Source: Cetorhinus maximus (Eukaryota). Taken from it: 64,000 bases of DNA. Below the pieces are notes generated by a model. It was not told the origin of the DNA, did no database searches, and saw only the letters and a list, made by a program, of their open reading frames with translations. Each line of letters starts with the position of its first letter. The first letter of the stretch is position 1. The DNA lies in the NCBI RefSeq assembly GCF_964194155.1, contig NC_135898.1, positions 48,360,001 through 48,424,000 on the forward strand, read 5' to 3'. The position numbers were made by a program, and so were the translations under genes. Shown piece by piece: positions 12,933-25,639 of this stretch.

Positions 12933-14049
12933 GAAACATGCTTAAGAATAGCAAAGTCAGTACAAAATATTATCAAAATGGACATGTGTTAATTGTAGTA
13001 GCTACATTTCTGGTAATCCAGGGTTCTTGTTATGTTGATAACTAAGACCTGTCTATTAACAATTATGAAGTACCTTAAATGATTGCAAATATCAAATGAC
13101 AAGTTCTTCTGGGAGATGCCAATGATAAACATTACAGCAGTTTAAACAAATGGAATAGTGATTCCAAATCCTACTATACCATCATGACTACACTTCAAAA
13201 GTACTTCATCGCCGGTAAAGTACTTTGGGAGATCATAAGGTTGTGAAAAGCACTATAAAAATGCAAGTCTTTCTTTAAAAAGAGGCAATGTCCTGTTGTG
13301 CTTTTTCAGACAGGTGGTTGAATTGGGTTTATTAATGCCACATTTTAATTGAAGAAAGCTGTTAGTTTGCACCATTTCATCACATCAAAAAGGATGATAT
13401 AAGGACAGCTGAGACATAAGCAAACACCAACCTCTGTTCATTGCAACAAATCAAAGTGTTACCACTGAGAAATCTCAGATAAGCAAAAAGTCCTTGCACA
13501 GCAAACAGAAATAAATCCGGACATTTATCTTTGGCTCCAAGCAATCAAGGTCAGGTTTATTCCCAAGAAGTCACCCAGTGAGATTTGAATAAATAAGTAC
13601 AGAAGTGTTATATGCATTTGGGTTGAGAGTGTGCCGAAAGTTGCAGCCTTAATTAATCCATCTTATTTAGATTAATCTCTAATGCCATTATGGTTTATTA
13701 TCACATTAAATTCATTATCACTTCAATTAAAGAGTTTCTGGGAACAGATGGTAAAGAGCAAACAATTTCCTTGAGGAGTTGTTGTGCATCCCAAGGAAGC
13801 TAAGCGAAGAGGGTCAGATTCTTCGTTTTGTTCAGCTTGCTGCTAGTTTGGTGTTTTTGTTTATAGGGCCATGGGGAACTGATGTGTTCTGCTTCATGTG
13901 TTAGGAAAGTCATTTGTCTGATTGTTTGATGAATAATTACAGCTGATGCAATTACTCATTTTAAGCAAAGCCGTTTTTGGCTGCTACTTTAAATATCACC
14001 ACTGCATACATCAACCGTAAGTGTTTTTATTTTTCCTGATTGTTAGTGA

Positions 14050-15500
14050 TCTGACGACTCAGCCCAACCTCACCACCACCTCTCACAACCCCTCCACCGT
14101 CTCTAAGTTAACTGCTTGTCTGGCATTCAGTACCAGATAAGCAGAAATTTCCTCCAATTAAATATTTGGAAACCCAAAGCCATTGGCTTCAGTCCCCACC
14201 TTGAAGTCCATTCCCTAGCTATTGACTTCATCCTTCTCTGGCAATTGTCTAAGGCTGAAACAGACTATTCAAAACCTTGGGCAGAATTTTGCCCTTGGCG
14301 TTCAGGATCGGTGGGGGCGGTCGGGAGGCTGACCACCGCCCGCGATCAGCAGCGCTCCGCAATTTTATGCGGGCGGGACAATTAAGGCCCACCCAGCGTG
14401 ATACGCGAGCAGCAGTGCTGAGCGCTGCCTGTGCAGGCAGGGGGGAGGGTGAGCAGGCCTAGCACGAACTTTGCACATGCGCACGAGAGAGCACTGAATA
14501 ATCTTCCTGAGTCACAGAGCTGCCTCTGTCACATGAGCAGGGACATGTTTTTAATTAAAAATTAAAGTTTTCGTTTCTTTTGTCTTTGATTTTGGAAACC
14601 GCATCCCGCGGGGATGAGGTGTCCAAAAAAGTGCAAAGGCCGCTTGGCCTTTATGCCTGCTCACCAACTGTTAGATTGAACGAGCAGTAAAAAATTCAGC
14701 ACAATTGATAACTTAATGGACTTAATAGGCAGGCGTGCTGCCAGCTTTGGGTTGACATTGGCATGCTCAGCCGACACCATCGCATGTCATTTCACGCTCG
14801 GTCGGGTCGGGCGCATGCCCACCCACCAAGCTAAAAATCCTGCCCCTTGATATCTTATTTGACCCCAAGATGGGCTTCCAACCATACATCTGCACTATGA
14901 CTAAGATCACCTATTTCCACCTCCATAACATTGCCTGACTTTGCACTGTCTTAACTAATCCATTCCTGAAACCCTTATGTGTGCGTGTGTTACCTCTAGA
15001 CTTGCCTACTCCAATGCATTCTTGGCCAGCCTCCCATTCTTCAACTCACGCAAACTTGATGTAATGCAAAACTCTGCTGCCTATGTGCTAATCCGTACCA
15101 AGCCCTGTTTCCCTTTCATCCCTGTGTTCACTGACCTTGGCTCCCGGTCAAGCAATGCCTCGATTTTAAAATTCTCATCCTTGTTTTCAAATCCCCCCAT
15201 GGCATCGGCCCTCCCTGCCTCTGTAACTCTTCCAGCCACACAATGCTCTGACATATCTGTGAATTTCTCATTTTGGTCACTGGCGCATCCTCAGTTGTAA
15301 CCACTCCACTATTGGAGACTGCCCTTCAGCTGCTGCAGATCTAAGGTTTGCAATTCCCCCTCTAAATGTCTCTGCCCTTTAACCTCACTTTTCTCCTTTA
15401 AGACAGTCCTTAAAACCTACCTCTTTGATCAAGCTCTAATATTTCAGTAAATGGCTAGTTGTCAAATTTTGTTTGATAATACTCCTGTGAAACACCTTGA
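14050..15500 (+). mobile_element. L2-clade LINE fragment, interrupted by a Harbinger MITE
   Basis: DDTQL-like remnant, NFLQLNIWKPKAI, FVTSRLDY-like, ttttaaaattctcatcct, tail ctcctgtgaaacaccttgagatg. Confidence 0.75.
14279..14845. mobile_element. Harbinger MITE, family B
   Basis: TIRs gggcagaatttt / aaaatcctgccc; TSD CTT (14276-14278, 14846-14848); homologous to 1410-2088. Confidence 0.88.
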
Positions 15501-15949
15501 GATGCTGGTGGCAATGTGCAGAATTTGTTAATCACAAAATATGGGTTTCTATAGTGAAAAAGCATGACGGGCAATAGGGTGGGTAGGCCTTTTGCTAGAT
15601 TCCTGAACTTTTGGGTACTATCAGGAATTTTACTCCCCCCCACCCCCCACTTCTCCCCAGCAGGGAAATTGGCTTCTCACCCCTTGATATATCCATTATC
15701 TTTATATAATTGTCAGGGAGGCATGAGTGGATCCCGGGAAACTTGTCTTGACCTCAAATATAATGGACCCAGGAGCGGGGTGGCAGTGCACCCTAAAGCC
15801 ATGATGGTAAGCCTGCTCTTGACACTGTTTCAGGTAGTGGGCACCTTTATCTCTCTTTAAATATCCTAGAGGGCTTATGGAGAGTCTATATTCAGCAAAA
15901 TTACAAGTGTGGAGTCTAATTCCTTCAAGCTCTACATCTTTAGGGGAGA

Positions 15950-16297
15950 TTTTAAAATGTTAAATTTACTTTTTCCTCAATGCCTTTTTTCCTCTTTTAA
16001 TCCAATCTTTCTTTCATTCTTTATATTTCTCTTCCTGGTTTGACATTGAATTTGCCACTTTTAACATAGTCTCCTTTTCAGTCTTGGTGCTACTTATTTC
16101 ACAGTCCTTCAGTCTAACTGGTTAAAGAGATACACAGATGCCTGCCCTATTCACTCAGGTCCCAGATGCCCCATTTCCCTTGCTGCATCGCAATTTCAGT
16201 AACTTTGCAGGCAAAAATGTTTTGAGCTGAAGGGTGAAGGTATAAGACTAACTAACACCAACACCATTAGATGCCTTGCTGCAGCAAAATCAGGTCC
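15950..16297 (-). mobile_element. Inverted partial copy of the 6333-7137 repeat
   Basis: tgccctattcactcaggtccca is the reverse complement of the 6455-6480 motif; ends aaaatcaggtcc. Confidence 0.45.
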
Positions 16298-17321
16298 TAT
16301 ATTCAATATATTAGGTACTAAATCAGGGTTCACAGCATGACCTGCACTCTGTCAATCCATAAATTCTTACTGACTCAATAAAAATTTAGGTTTTGCTGTT
16401 AGAATATTACAGATTATGAGTGCATATAATTTACAGCGTTTGTTCTCAAAGCAATGTTCACAATTAACTTAATTTCACAATTAAAAAAGTAAGAATATTC
16501 ATGATATAAACTTTTACAATTTCCACAAATCAAAAGTAGGGAGAAGAAATGTTCCACCAGAGATTTACATCCACATCTTTGGCAGTGATCCGCAACAATA
16601 TTTTTTCATTAGCACTTTATTTTAATTAGGCAAAGCTGCTAATTAAACCATCCCACATATTTATAAATACATATAAATGTGTGTATGTACCACATTTCTT
16701 TGCTTAGAAAATACAACTTCAGATTAATTTTATGATTCATTTAGTGCCTCTGTATGTGTTTTGACAAAGTTTATCTTTGCAAAGGATAAAAATAAATTCT
16801 GAAAATGCTGCAAATTTGAAACCGCCAACAGGAACATACTGGAAATTCCTATTGGGTCAGTCAACATTTGAAAGATAACGAAGATTTGAGTCATGAGCCA
16901 TCTATAGCAATAAACTACCTTCCACTTTTAAATGCTCAATGCAATTGCTCTGCATTTCCAACCTTTCCATTCTTGTATATAAAGCAAGTAAAGATGATGA
17001 GAGAAGATTTCCATAGGGGTCTCTGAATCTCTTTGTATACAATGCAGCAGAAGAGCAGAATCCCTAGCGAAATGGTAGAAAAACCCAATTGTAGCTGAAT
17101 TATGGTGGGAAGTGGGGAAAATCCCTGTGGAAATTCCAGGTGCTCATGAGTTAAACCTCTGGGGGGGTTACTTTCTTCCATTTTGATTCGACGAGAGGAT
17201 AAACCATGGCTTGAATTTTTCGCTCGTTGAGCGCATATGGGCAACTATCCCCCGACTGCGATTGGCCCTCGACAGCGATTTCACGCTGACTGGCCAATTA
17301 ATGACCAGCCAGTGTGAAATA

Positions 17322-17516
17322 CACCCTGTGCCCTCTTTTGTGAAGACAGAACCAAAATATGTGTTCAATTTTCTGCTATTTCTTTGTTCCCCATTATAAT
17401 TTCCCCCGTTTTTGACTGTAAGGGACTTATGTTTGTCTTCGCTAATCTTTTTCTCTTCACATATTTATAGAAGCTTTTACAGTCAGTTTTTATGTTCCTT
17501 GCAAGTTTACTCTCAA
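17322..17516 (-). mobile_element. CR1 ORF2 internal fragment
   Basis: ESKLARNIKTDCKSFYKYVKRKR..GEIIMGNKE..NTYFGSVFTKE. Confidence 0.8.
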
Positions 17517-18486
17517 AACCAAAATATGCCAAGAAGGAAAAGTTATTCCATGAGTTATGTATATTTGGATGAGAAACTTGTTCGTTCATGCCAAGAGGAA
17601 TACATATAGCACCATAAAGGAGGAAATATTCTCCATGCTCTAAATTCCCCATTTAGTATCTAAAGGTTGGGCAGAGGAACAGCAATGGATTAGAAATATA
17701 CAGAAGTACATTAGTGCAGAAAGATTTTTCATCAAAATGAAGTTTTATTAATACATTCACAAGCTTAGTGAAGTCAGATTTAGCAAACACTTGACTCAGA
17801 AACATCTAATCAAGCAGGTCAAAGGCCTTCTTAACATTTATTTTAACATCAACAATTGTGCGCAATGTGGTGCAAAATGTTGAAAATCTTGCCAATATCC
17901 TCCTTTGATTATTTATATTTAAGGTAGTTGGTTTGTTCCAGGGAGTTACCTTGAGTGGTTTGTTCAATGTCACATTTACTTTCTTTTCTTGGTTCAGCCT
18001 GTTCAACATTTAAATATAGAGAAAAAATATATTTTTTCTACCATATATTTCAAATAACATATTCATTTTGTTCACCTTGGTGTATTTTATCTCATTGTTA
18101 CAGCAGTTCATTGTTAAAAAACACATTGCAATATATTATTCATGTTAATTTATGTACACTGTGTGGTATGTTTGTATAATTTAGCCAACTAAATATAAGA
18201 TAAACAGACTGTTACAATGCCATCATCCAAATTGCCCTAACTAAACTTTAAATCACAATTCAACATTACCAATTAATTGAAAGCCAAGTGAATAGCCTGG
18301 ATTTTATCAGCTAGGGGGACCAAATTTTTTGAAGCAGCTTCCCACCTGCCCTCGACAGAAGGAATACCGACCAATTTTAATGGCCCCGGATCATTTAAAC
18401 TCCATTAGCTGACTGTGTGATGGGAAATTGTGCCCAGTAAGTGTCAGGGTCATCAGCCAGGGCCATTTCATTAGTGGAATTATCCT

Positions 18487-18950
18487 ACCTCATCCTTCTT
18501 GAGTTGCTTACAGCCTTTGACCACACCATCCTCCTCCAACATTTCTCCTCTGTCCTCCAACTAGGTTCAATTATTCTCTCTTGGTTCCATTCTTAGCTAT
18601 CTAATCATATCCAGAGTATCACTTGCAATGGTTTCTCTCCCTGCTCCTGCACCGTTCCCTCTGGTGTCCCCCGTGGATCAATCCCTGGCCCCCTTCTATT
18701 TCTAATCTAAATGCTGTCCCTCGACAACATCATCCTAAAGCACAGCTTTAGTTTTCAGATGTACGTTGACAATACCCAGCACTACCTCTCTCTCTCTACT
18801 CCTCCACTGTTGTTAAATTATCGGACTACTTATCCAACATCCAGCACTGGATGATCAAAAATTTCCTCCAATTAAATGCTCGGAAGACTGAAGTTATTGT
18901 TTTCAGTCCCTGCTCCAGATTCCGCTCCCTAGCTACCGACTCCATCCCTC
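18487..18950 (+). mobile_element. L2 LINE RT fragment
   Basis: Remnants of LILL..AAFD, ggtgtcccccgtggatc (GVP.GS), YVDNTQ (YADD-like), NFLQLNARKTEVI. Confidence 0.8.
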
Positions 18951-19330
18951 ATTCAGTTCAATGATTTCTCAAGATTGCCATCTGCAGGGATTTCAACAGC
19001 GCACCCTGTGGAGGAGGAGAGCATCACTGATGGCAGCTTCTGGGTTCCCACAATGGCGCATGTGCAAACCCCAGAGGTTGATGTCAGTTTCACAGTTACA
19101 GTGATGGTGAACAATGATGGTTTCACTGTCATTACAACTGTAGAAGTTGGGCCATTATGTTTTGGAAACTGTGTCAATGGCTGTGTGATTTTGGACTGCC
19201 TGGGTTACATATGCTAATGGCAGTGTACATTGTGAATTTGTAATGACTCTAATGATGTTGGGATTTTGGGATTGTCAAACTTAATTCATGCCAGTTCTTA
19301 CAGCCAGCAGGTCGGGGGAGACAATTATCT

Positions 19331-20197
19331 TGTCAGTCTGAATTAGATTCAAATCCTGGTCCAGTATCTAATGCACTACATCACCCAGTCCCTATTTTAA
19401 TGACACTTTGAGGTTAGAGTGCCAATTAGAATTTCCAAGTTCCACAATCATGCTAATGGCCTTGTCCCATCAGCATGACTGTGTTGTTGCTAATTTGGAT
19501 GGAACGTGACTACGGCAACATGATAGCAGTGTTAAAAGCAAAATACTGCGGATGCTGGAAACCTGAAACAAAAACAGAAAATGTGGGAAAAACTCAGCAG
19601 GTCTAGCAGCATCTGTGGAGAGAGAAACGAGATAGCAGTGTTCATGGGAGTGTGAAGCGATTGAGACTACAATAATGATTTACGATTGAAATGAGATATG
19701 CCTTACAGTTTATGTTAGGAGTGTGTAGCAGTTTGAACTTGGTATGCCCTTATTAATTGCAGTATGAGTTTGAGCTATCTGCATTATTACAATGTAGCAT
19801 TGAAGATCTCAGGTTAATAGCAGTTTAAGGCCAGAATGCCTGCCTTAGGTTTGAGGTTGGTATGTGTATGTTGATGGTCCTGTGCTGTACTTCTGCCTTT
19901 ACTCATTCCAGTGTGGTAATAAGATCTGCTCTGGTTGTGTGTAGTGATATCATAAATGTGTTTGTAAATTTTTGTGCTGTTCAGTGTTTCTACCAAAACG
20001 ATAAGCGTTCCTTCAGTATTAACGCCTGAGGAAAATGTCTCATAAGAGTTTAAAATGTCAGTCTGAACTGGATTCAATGCCTGGTCTGGTGCACTACATC
20101 ACCCAGCTCCCTATTTTAATGACACTTTGAGATTAAAATGCCAATTAGAATTTCCAAGTTCCACAATCATGCTAATAGCCTTGCCCCATCAGCATGA
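19331..20197 (+). repeat. About 145-bp local direct repeat (19331-19478 and 20056-20197)
   Basis: Shared block gtcagtctgaa..ccctattttaatgacactttgag..gccaattagaatttccaagttccacaatcatgctaa..catcagcatgac. Confidence 0.85.
19534..19630 (-). mobile_element. Penelope-like pseudo-LTR tail insertion
   Basis: Same family as 4373; 12-bp TSD gatagcagtgtt (19522-19533, 19631-19642). Confidence 0.75.
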
Positions 20198-20669
20198 CAA
20201 TAGAAACCAATCTCACTCCATACTACTTTGTGTTACCGGTGTCTTCTATTTTCCTCTGTACTCACTGGCTACATGGTCTGAAGTGAAGGATATTCTTATA
20301 GGTTAAAATGTAATATTTATCAATTGATACATAATCTACTTGCATTACTACTAATATATTACTATTACTAGATATTACTATTTAGCAATAGTTACCAATA
20401 AAAAGTGAAAAATAGCACTACAACGCACAGCTAGGGCAATGAATAGAAACTTGGGGGTGAACTTTAACCTCAAAGATGGGTGGCTTGGGGTCAGGTGAGA
20501 TTATCAAATTTAAATATCTCAAACCTGTCCCCAACCCACCTCCAACCCACTCACTTGCAGGTTTAAAGGAGACAAATCAAGGGGCAGGCAGGCAGTTAAC
20601 CTGCTCCCAGGGGGTGGATCGGCAATTTAAATATTTTAGGGAAGCTGGTGGCCTCAGATTTAACTTGCT

Positions 20670-21400
20670 TTAACCATCTCCCCTCGCCATTCAGTGGCAT
20701 TACCATTGCTGAATCCCCCACTATCAACATCCTGGGGGTTACTATTGACCAGAAACTGAATTGGACTAGCCATATAAATACTGTGGCTACAAGAGCAGGT
20801 CAGGGGCTAGGAATCCTGTGGTGAGTAACTCACCTCCTGACTCCCCAAAGCCTGTTCACCATCTACAAGGCACAAGTCAGGAGTGGGATGGAATACTCAC
20901 CAATTACCTCATTGAGTGCAGCTCCAACAACACTCAGGAAGCTCGACACCATCCAGGACAAAGCAGTCTGCTTGATTGGCACCCCATCCACCACCTTAAA
21001 CATTCACTCCCTCCACCACCGACCTACTGTGGCAGTAGTTATACCATCTCCAAGATGCACTGCAGCATCTCACCAAGGCTCCTTTGACAGCACCTTCTAA
21101 ACCTGTGACCTCTACCACCTAGAAGGACAAGGGCAGCAGATGCACAGGAACACCACGCTGCAAGTTCCCTTCTAAGTCAAACACCATCCGGACTTGGAAA
21201 TATATCACCGTTCCTTCAGTGTCACTGGGTCAAAATCCTGGAACTCCCTCCCTAACAGCACTATGGGTGTACCTACACCACATGGATTGCAGCGGTTCAA
21301 GAAGGCAGCTCACCAACACCTTCTCAAGGGCAATTAGGGATGAACAATAAATGCTGGCCTAGCCAGTGACACCCACATCCCATAAAATAATAAATAAAAT
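20670..21400 (+). mobile_element. CR1-clade LINE family 1, 3' fragment
   Basis: MEYSPITSLSAAPTTLRKLDTIQDKA..SLHHR; tail ending (taaa)n. Confidence 0.9.
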
Positions 21401-22079
21401 AGCTATGTCTGGTCTGTTCACTAAAAAATGTTCCACTTCTCCCTAATGGGAAAGATAATGGATGACCTTAAATGATCTTGCCCATTCTATTCCAATTTTT
21501 TCTGCAATTAGTCCACTGAAGGGGTTCAACATTTTGCAGACATCTTTACAGCTCTGGCAGGGTGACAGTGCCTTCCAACTGAGTCAAATCATTGCATTCA
21601 TTCCGAAGAAGAGAAAGCCAATTTTAGCTAAGCAAGGTGAGTTGGAAGGAAGGTAACAATCCTTGAGAAAGAACATGAATAAATAGGGTCAAGTCTCAGA
21701 TAGAAAAGCAGCTATCCAGTGCTCCAGACAGAATAACTATGACAATGGAAACAAACCTCACTGCCTGTTAGCTCACTCTACGAACGTACAAATTAGAAGC
21801 AGGAGTGGGCCATTCAGCCCCTCGAGCCTGCTCCGCCATTTCATAAGATCATGGTTGATCTGATAGTAACCTAAATCTGCATCCCACCTACTGCCGATAA
21901 CCTATCGCCCCCTGCTTACCAAGAATCTATCCGCCTCTGGCTTAAAAATATTCAAAGACTCTGCTTCCACCACCTTTTGAGGGAGAGAGTTCCAAAAACT
22001 CACAACCCTCTGAGTGAAAAAGTTTCACCTCATCTCTGTTTTAAATGGGTAACCCCTTATTTTTAAACAGTGACCCCTT

Positions 22080-22929
22080 GGCCGGAACTTTACATCCCCG
22101 CGGGCGGGCACATGCCCAAGCCAAATGGGCGTAAGGTTGTGCGAGATGACATCGGGCGAGCATCCCAACGTCATCACATACTCGCTTGGCAGGCGCACCT
22201 AAAAGTCAATAGAGCGCCCGCCGACAATTAAGTGGGCAATTAAGCTCATTAACGCCCAATTAAAAGCGATTTTTTTTGTAGCCTATCCTACCTTACGGTT
22301 GGCGGACGGGCCAATTGGCCTTTACATTTTTGATGAAACCTCATCCAAGGGTGGGATGAAACCTCCATTAAGGTTTAAAATAAAAAGAAATAACTGGGGA
22401 CTTTTCTTATGATGTGTGCTTTCAGGTGATTGATGGTGCTGCTTGAACATTTTTTGCAGCACTTTGTACTTTCTTTTATTATTTGGAGGTCTGCAGCTCC
22501 CTGAGGCATCTGTTCGCCTTTCTTTCATTCTTTCATTCATGGGATGTGGGTGTTGCTGGCTAGGCCAACATTTATTGCCCATCCCTAATAATCCTCATTT
22601 AGAGGACATTTAAGAGTCAACCACATTGCTATGGGTCTGGAGTCACATGTAGGCCAGACCAGTTAATTATGGCACATTTCTTTCCCTAAAAGATATTAGG
22701 GGGCTCAGTGGAAGTGCTCACCAGCGCCCCTGGTGATGTTGGTGCTCACCCTCTTCCCGTCCCCAACGACAGTGCTGAGCCTTTCTCCAGGCGCGTTTCA
22801 CATTAGCTGGCTGTTACTTGGCCAGCCAGCGTAAGATCACATTCACAGCATGATCTCGGCCGGGCGCAGGTTTTACGTCCACTTCCGGCCGCATGACTTC
22901 AGGCGCACCCCAAGGGCAAAATTCAGGCC
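22080..22929. mobile_element. Harbinger MITE, family B (opposite orientation), containing a SINE
   Basis: TIRs ggccggaacttt / aaaattcaggcc; TSD CTT/CTA. Confidence 0.8.
22519..22700 (-). mobile_element. SINE 3' half (CR1-family-1 tail)
   Basis: Reverse complement of 58700-58880 (gagtcaaccacattgc..ggtctggagtcacatgtaggccagacc). Confidence 0.8.
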
Positions 22930-24729
22930 CTAGTTCTAGATTCTCCTACAAGAGGAAACATCCTCTCTACAGCCACCCTGTCAAGGCCCCTCAAACTATT
23001 ATATGTTTCAATCAAGTGCCCTGCTATAATTTCTTTAATAATAGATTCTAACATTTTCCCTACGACAGATGTTGAGCTAACTGGCCTGTAGTTTCCTGCT
23101 TTCTGTCTCCATCCCTTTTTGAGCGCAATGAATTCTAGTGCAGTGAACAGTGAAAGCATTCAGTAGCCTCAATTCAGTAACCTGACAAAGATTAAGATCA
23201 ACAGTTTCTCAGAGGGCATTTTAAAAGCTTTTGTTCAATTGCGACAAATTATATCGAATTGTTTATCAATATCCCCGGAATACAATTAGTGGCTTTTAAT
23301 GGGTCGCATACTCCCCATGTTAAGAAGTCTCTCTTCAGTAAATAACAGAATGCCAGTATCTTTCAGACTGTAAAGAACCAGAGAGCAATTGCCTCCTTAA
23401 TAAACTTAAAACAAATTCCTCAGGTTAGCATACCTCTATAATAATGAAATATGAAATAATATTAATGAAATATGAAGTACTGCACAATTGCCTCTGATCT
23501 AGTCTCATTTCGGTAAGCCAATCTCTCACCACTTTCCTCAGCTGTAATTTCAATCAAGGACATGGTTGCACAGGTTGGGGTGGGAGACAGTTTTGCCTGA
23601 AAACCTAAAGTTCAGGGTTCCCCACATGTTGTGGAGCTTTCACTCAAAGAAGGCATTGCCACCCAGAAGACAACCTGTTTGCTGGACTTGGCTTCTTGGC
23701 CATTGTCCCAGTGAGTGAACATGCAGCTGCCACTGAGAGCTTGGGGGTTCGGTCTTATCCCTGGTCCCAGGGGAGTAGTCTGAACTTGTGGGGATCCAAT
23801 CCCTGACTCATGGGGGTCAGATTGTTGAAGGTAATCTGATCTAGGTAGTGGTAATCTGATCTAGCGAACATTGATCCAAGGCAAGAGGATAAGCTTGGAT
23901 GGTTGGGGAAAACACTCCTGCTCCTCCCAGTCTATAAGCAGTGTTCTAAGAATTCTTACCTCCTTCCCAAAGCTGTTCTCACTTCCCTTCAGCTGCCTGG
24001 TTTCCTGATGCCTGGGAAACATTGCCAGCCAGGGTTAAAGCAGGTTAAACCCTGCTTTCAATGTCACTGTCTATGCCTGGTCACCAGATATATCTTCGCG
24101 CAAGCATTTTCATCTTCAATATGCCTGGATGTGCACTGTGAAGCTCTGTCAAGAGTGTCTCTCTTCCTTGCGAGGGGATGACGACTCTTAATCCCCACAA
24201 CAAGATTCCATCTTGACAACTTAACTCTGTTTTTCAGGCATGGAATGATCTCATCTCTTCAGACAACTGGTGAATTCGACCACCTTTGCAATACAAGGTC
24301 TTTGACTTTCGACAAAATTGGATCTCTGTTTGTCCAATTCCTTATTTGTTTCACATACACAGGCGAAGAGTCCAAGAAATTCATCACAAGTACAACTTCT
24401 TGTGGCACTGGAGCATGTACAATGCTGTCTGGTAACGGGAGACAGCTGAATGCATCCACATTTGCAATATGCGCCCCAGGACGGTGCATAAAGGTGTACT
24501 CATACGCAGATAATATCAAAGCCCAATGTTGAATTTTTGCTGAGGCTATTGGTGGAACACTTTATCTTCACTGAATAAACCCAACAATAATGAAATGTTG
24601 TCCATGCAGATACTAATGGAATTTCTTCACTCCAAATACCACCAACAAACCTTCCTTTTCCAGTTGGGAATAACCCTTCGCGGCTGCAGAGAGGGTTCAG
24701 GAGACATAACTGATTGGCCTTTCTGGTCT

Positions 24730-25122
24730 GATTCTTGTCTTTCCTTTTGCTGTTTGCCACAGAGTTGTGTCTTGTCCTTAATTTTGATTTCACAATCGGC
24801 CAAATTTCTCTCTGGTGAATCTTAACTTGGTTCAGTTCGGTGGTTGCGCTACCCATGGTTTCATTATCCACTCGCATCTTGAAAAGTTCCACGACTTTTC
24901 CTTCTAATGCCTCTTTTGCTTCATTCAGCTGATTCTTCAGCTCTTCAGTCTCCCTCTTGTATGTCTTGGCTTCCTCCTGAACATTGAACATTGTTGAGTC
25001 TTCTCAGCCAACTGCTTCTTCAGTTTGTTCAGAGTGGCACTAAATTCATTTTGTTTCTCTTCATGATTTTCCAGTGGAACCAACTCTGACCTGAGGGATC
25101 CTTGTATCCTGTGAAGGTCCTT
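24730..25122 (-). pseudogene. Captured coiled-coil host-gene fragment, UACA/RAI14/ANKRD24-family-like
   Basis: IQGSLRSELVPLENHEEKQNEFSATLNKLKKQLAEKTQQC/NVQEEAKTYKRETEELKNQL aligns by eye with the recalled UACA coiled coil; it occupies the position of RT. Confidence 0.6.
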
Positions 25123-25639
25123 CGATTCTTCTAAATTATTCCAAAATACACTGTCATATTCCCTTAACAGCCCAGGAATTCGTCCTGTTCTCACATGAAA
25201 TATTCCAGACCAGTTGAACTTAATTTTTTGTAACCAACCACGGCCCAAAAAATAAGGTCCTTCTCCTGTTACAATGATCACTGGAAGCTGGGCTTTCTGT
25301 TGCCTATAGGACACGGGTACTGTGGTGATGCCTTTTGCCTGTATGGACTTTCCAGTGTATGTCTTCAACTGAGCTGTTGTTCGCTCCAGATTCAGTGGCT
25401 GGATACCTTCATTTAGATATTTTAATGTGTGTTCTCCCACCACTCTGGTTGATGCTCCCGTATCTACCTCCATGACTCGAGGCTTCCCATTCACTTGAAG
25501 GGTGACAATTATTGGTTCAGTTTTTACTGCTTTGACATTGTCCAGGGAATAGATATTGGTATCGGAAGCTTCAGGTTCGGTTATGTCACTTCAATACTTT
25601 TGGTCTGCTGTCTGATGGGCTGTCTCGGTTTCACCCTAC

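Larger units (their letters stand above)
21785..23120 (-). mobile_element. CR1 (HER1-like) LINE with internal deletion, split by a Harbinger MITE
   Basis: AGNYRPVSSTSVVGKMLESII joined directly to IETY..LRGLDRV..RMFPLVGESRTR; tail at 21785-21860. Confidence 0.8.

Noticed and set aside
13867-14016. 150-nt coding exon
   Set aside because: Stop codons in all three frames.
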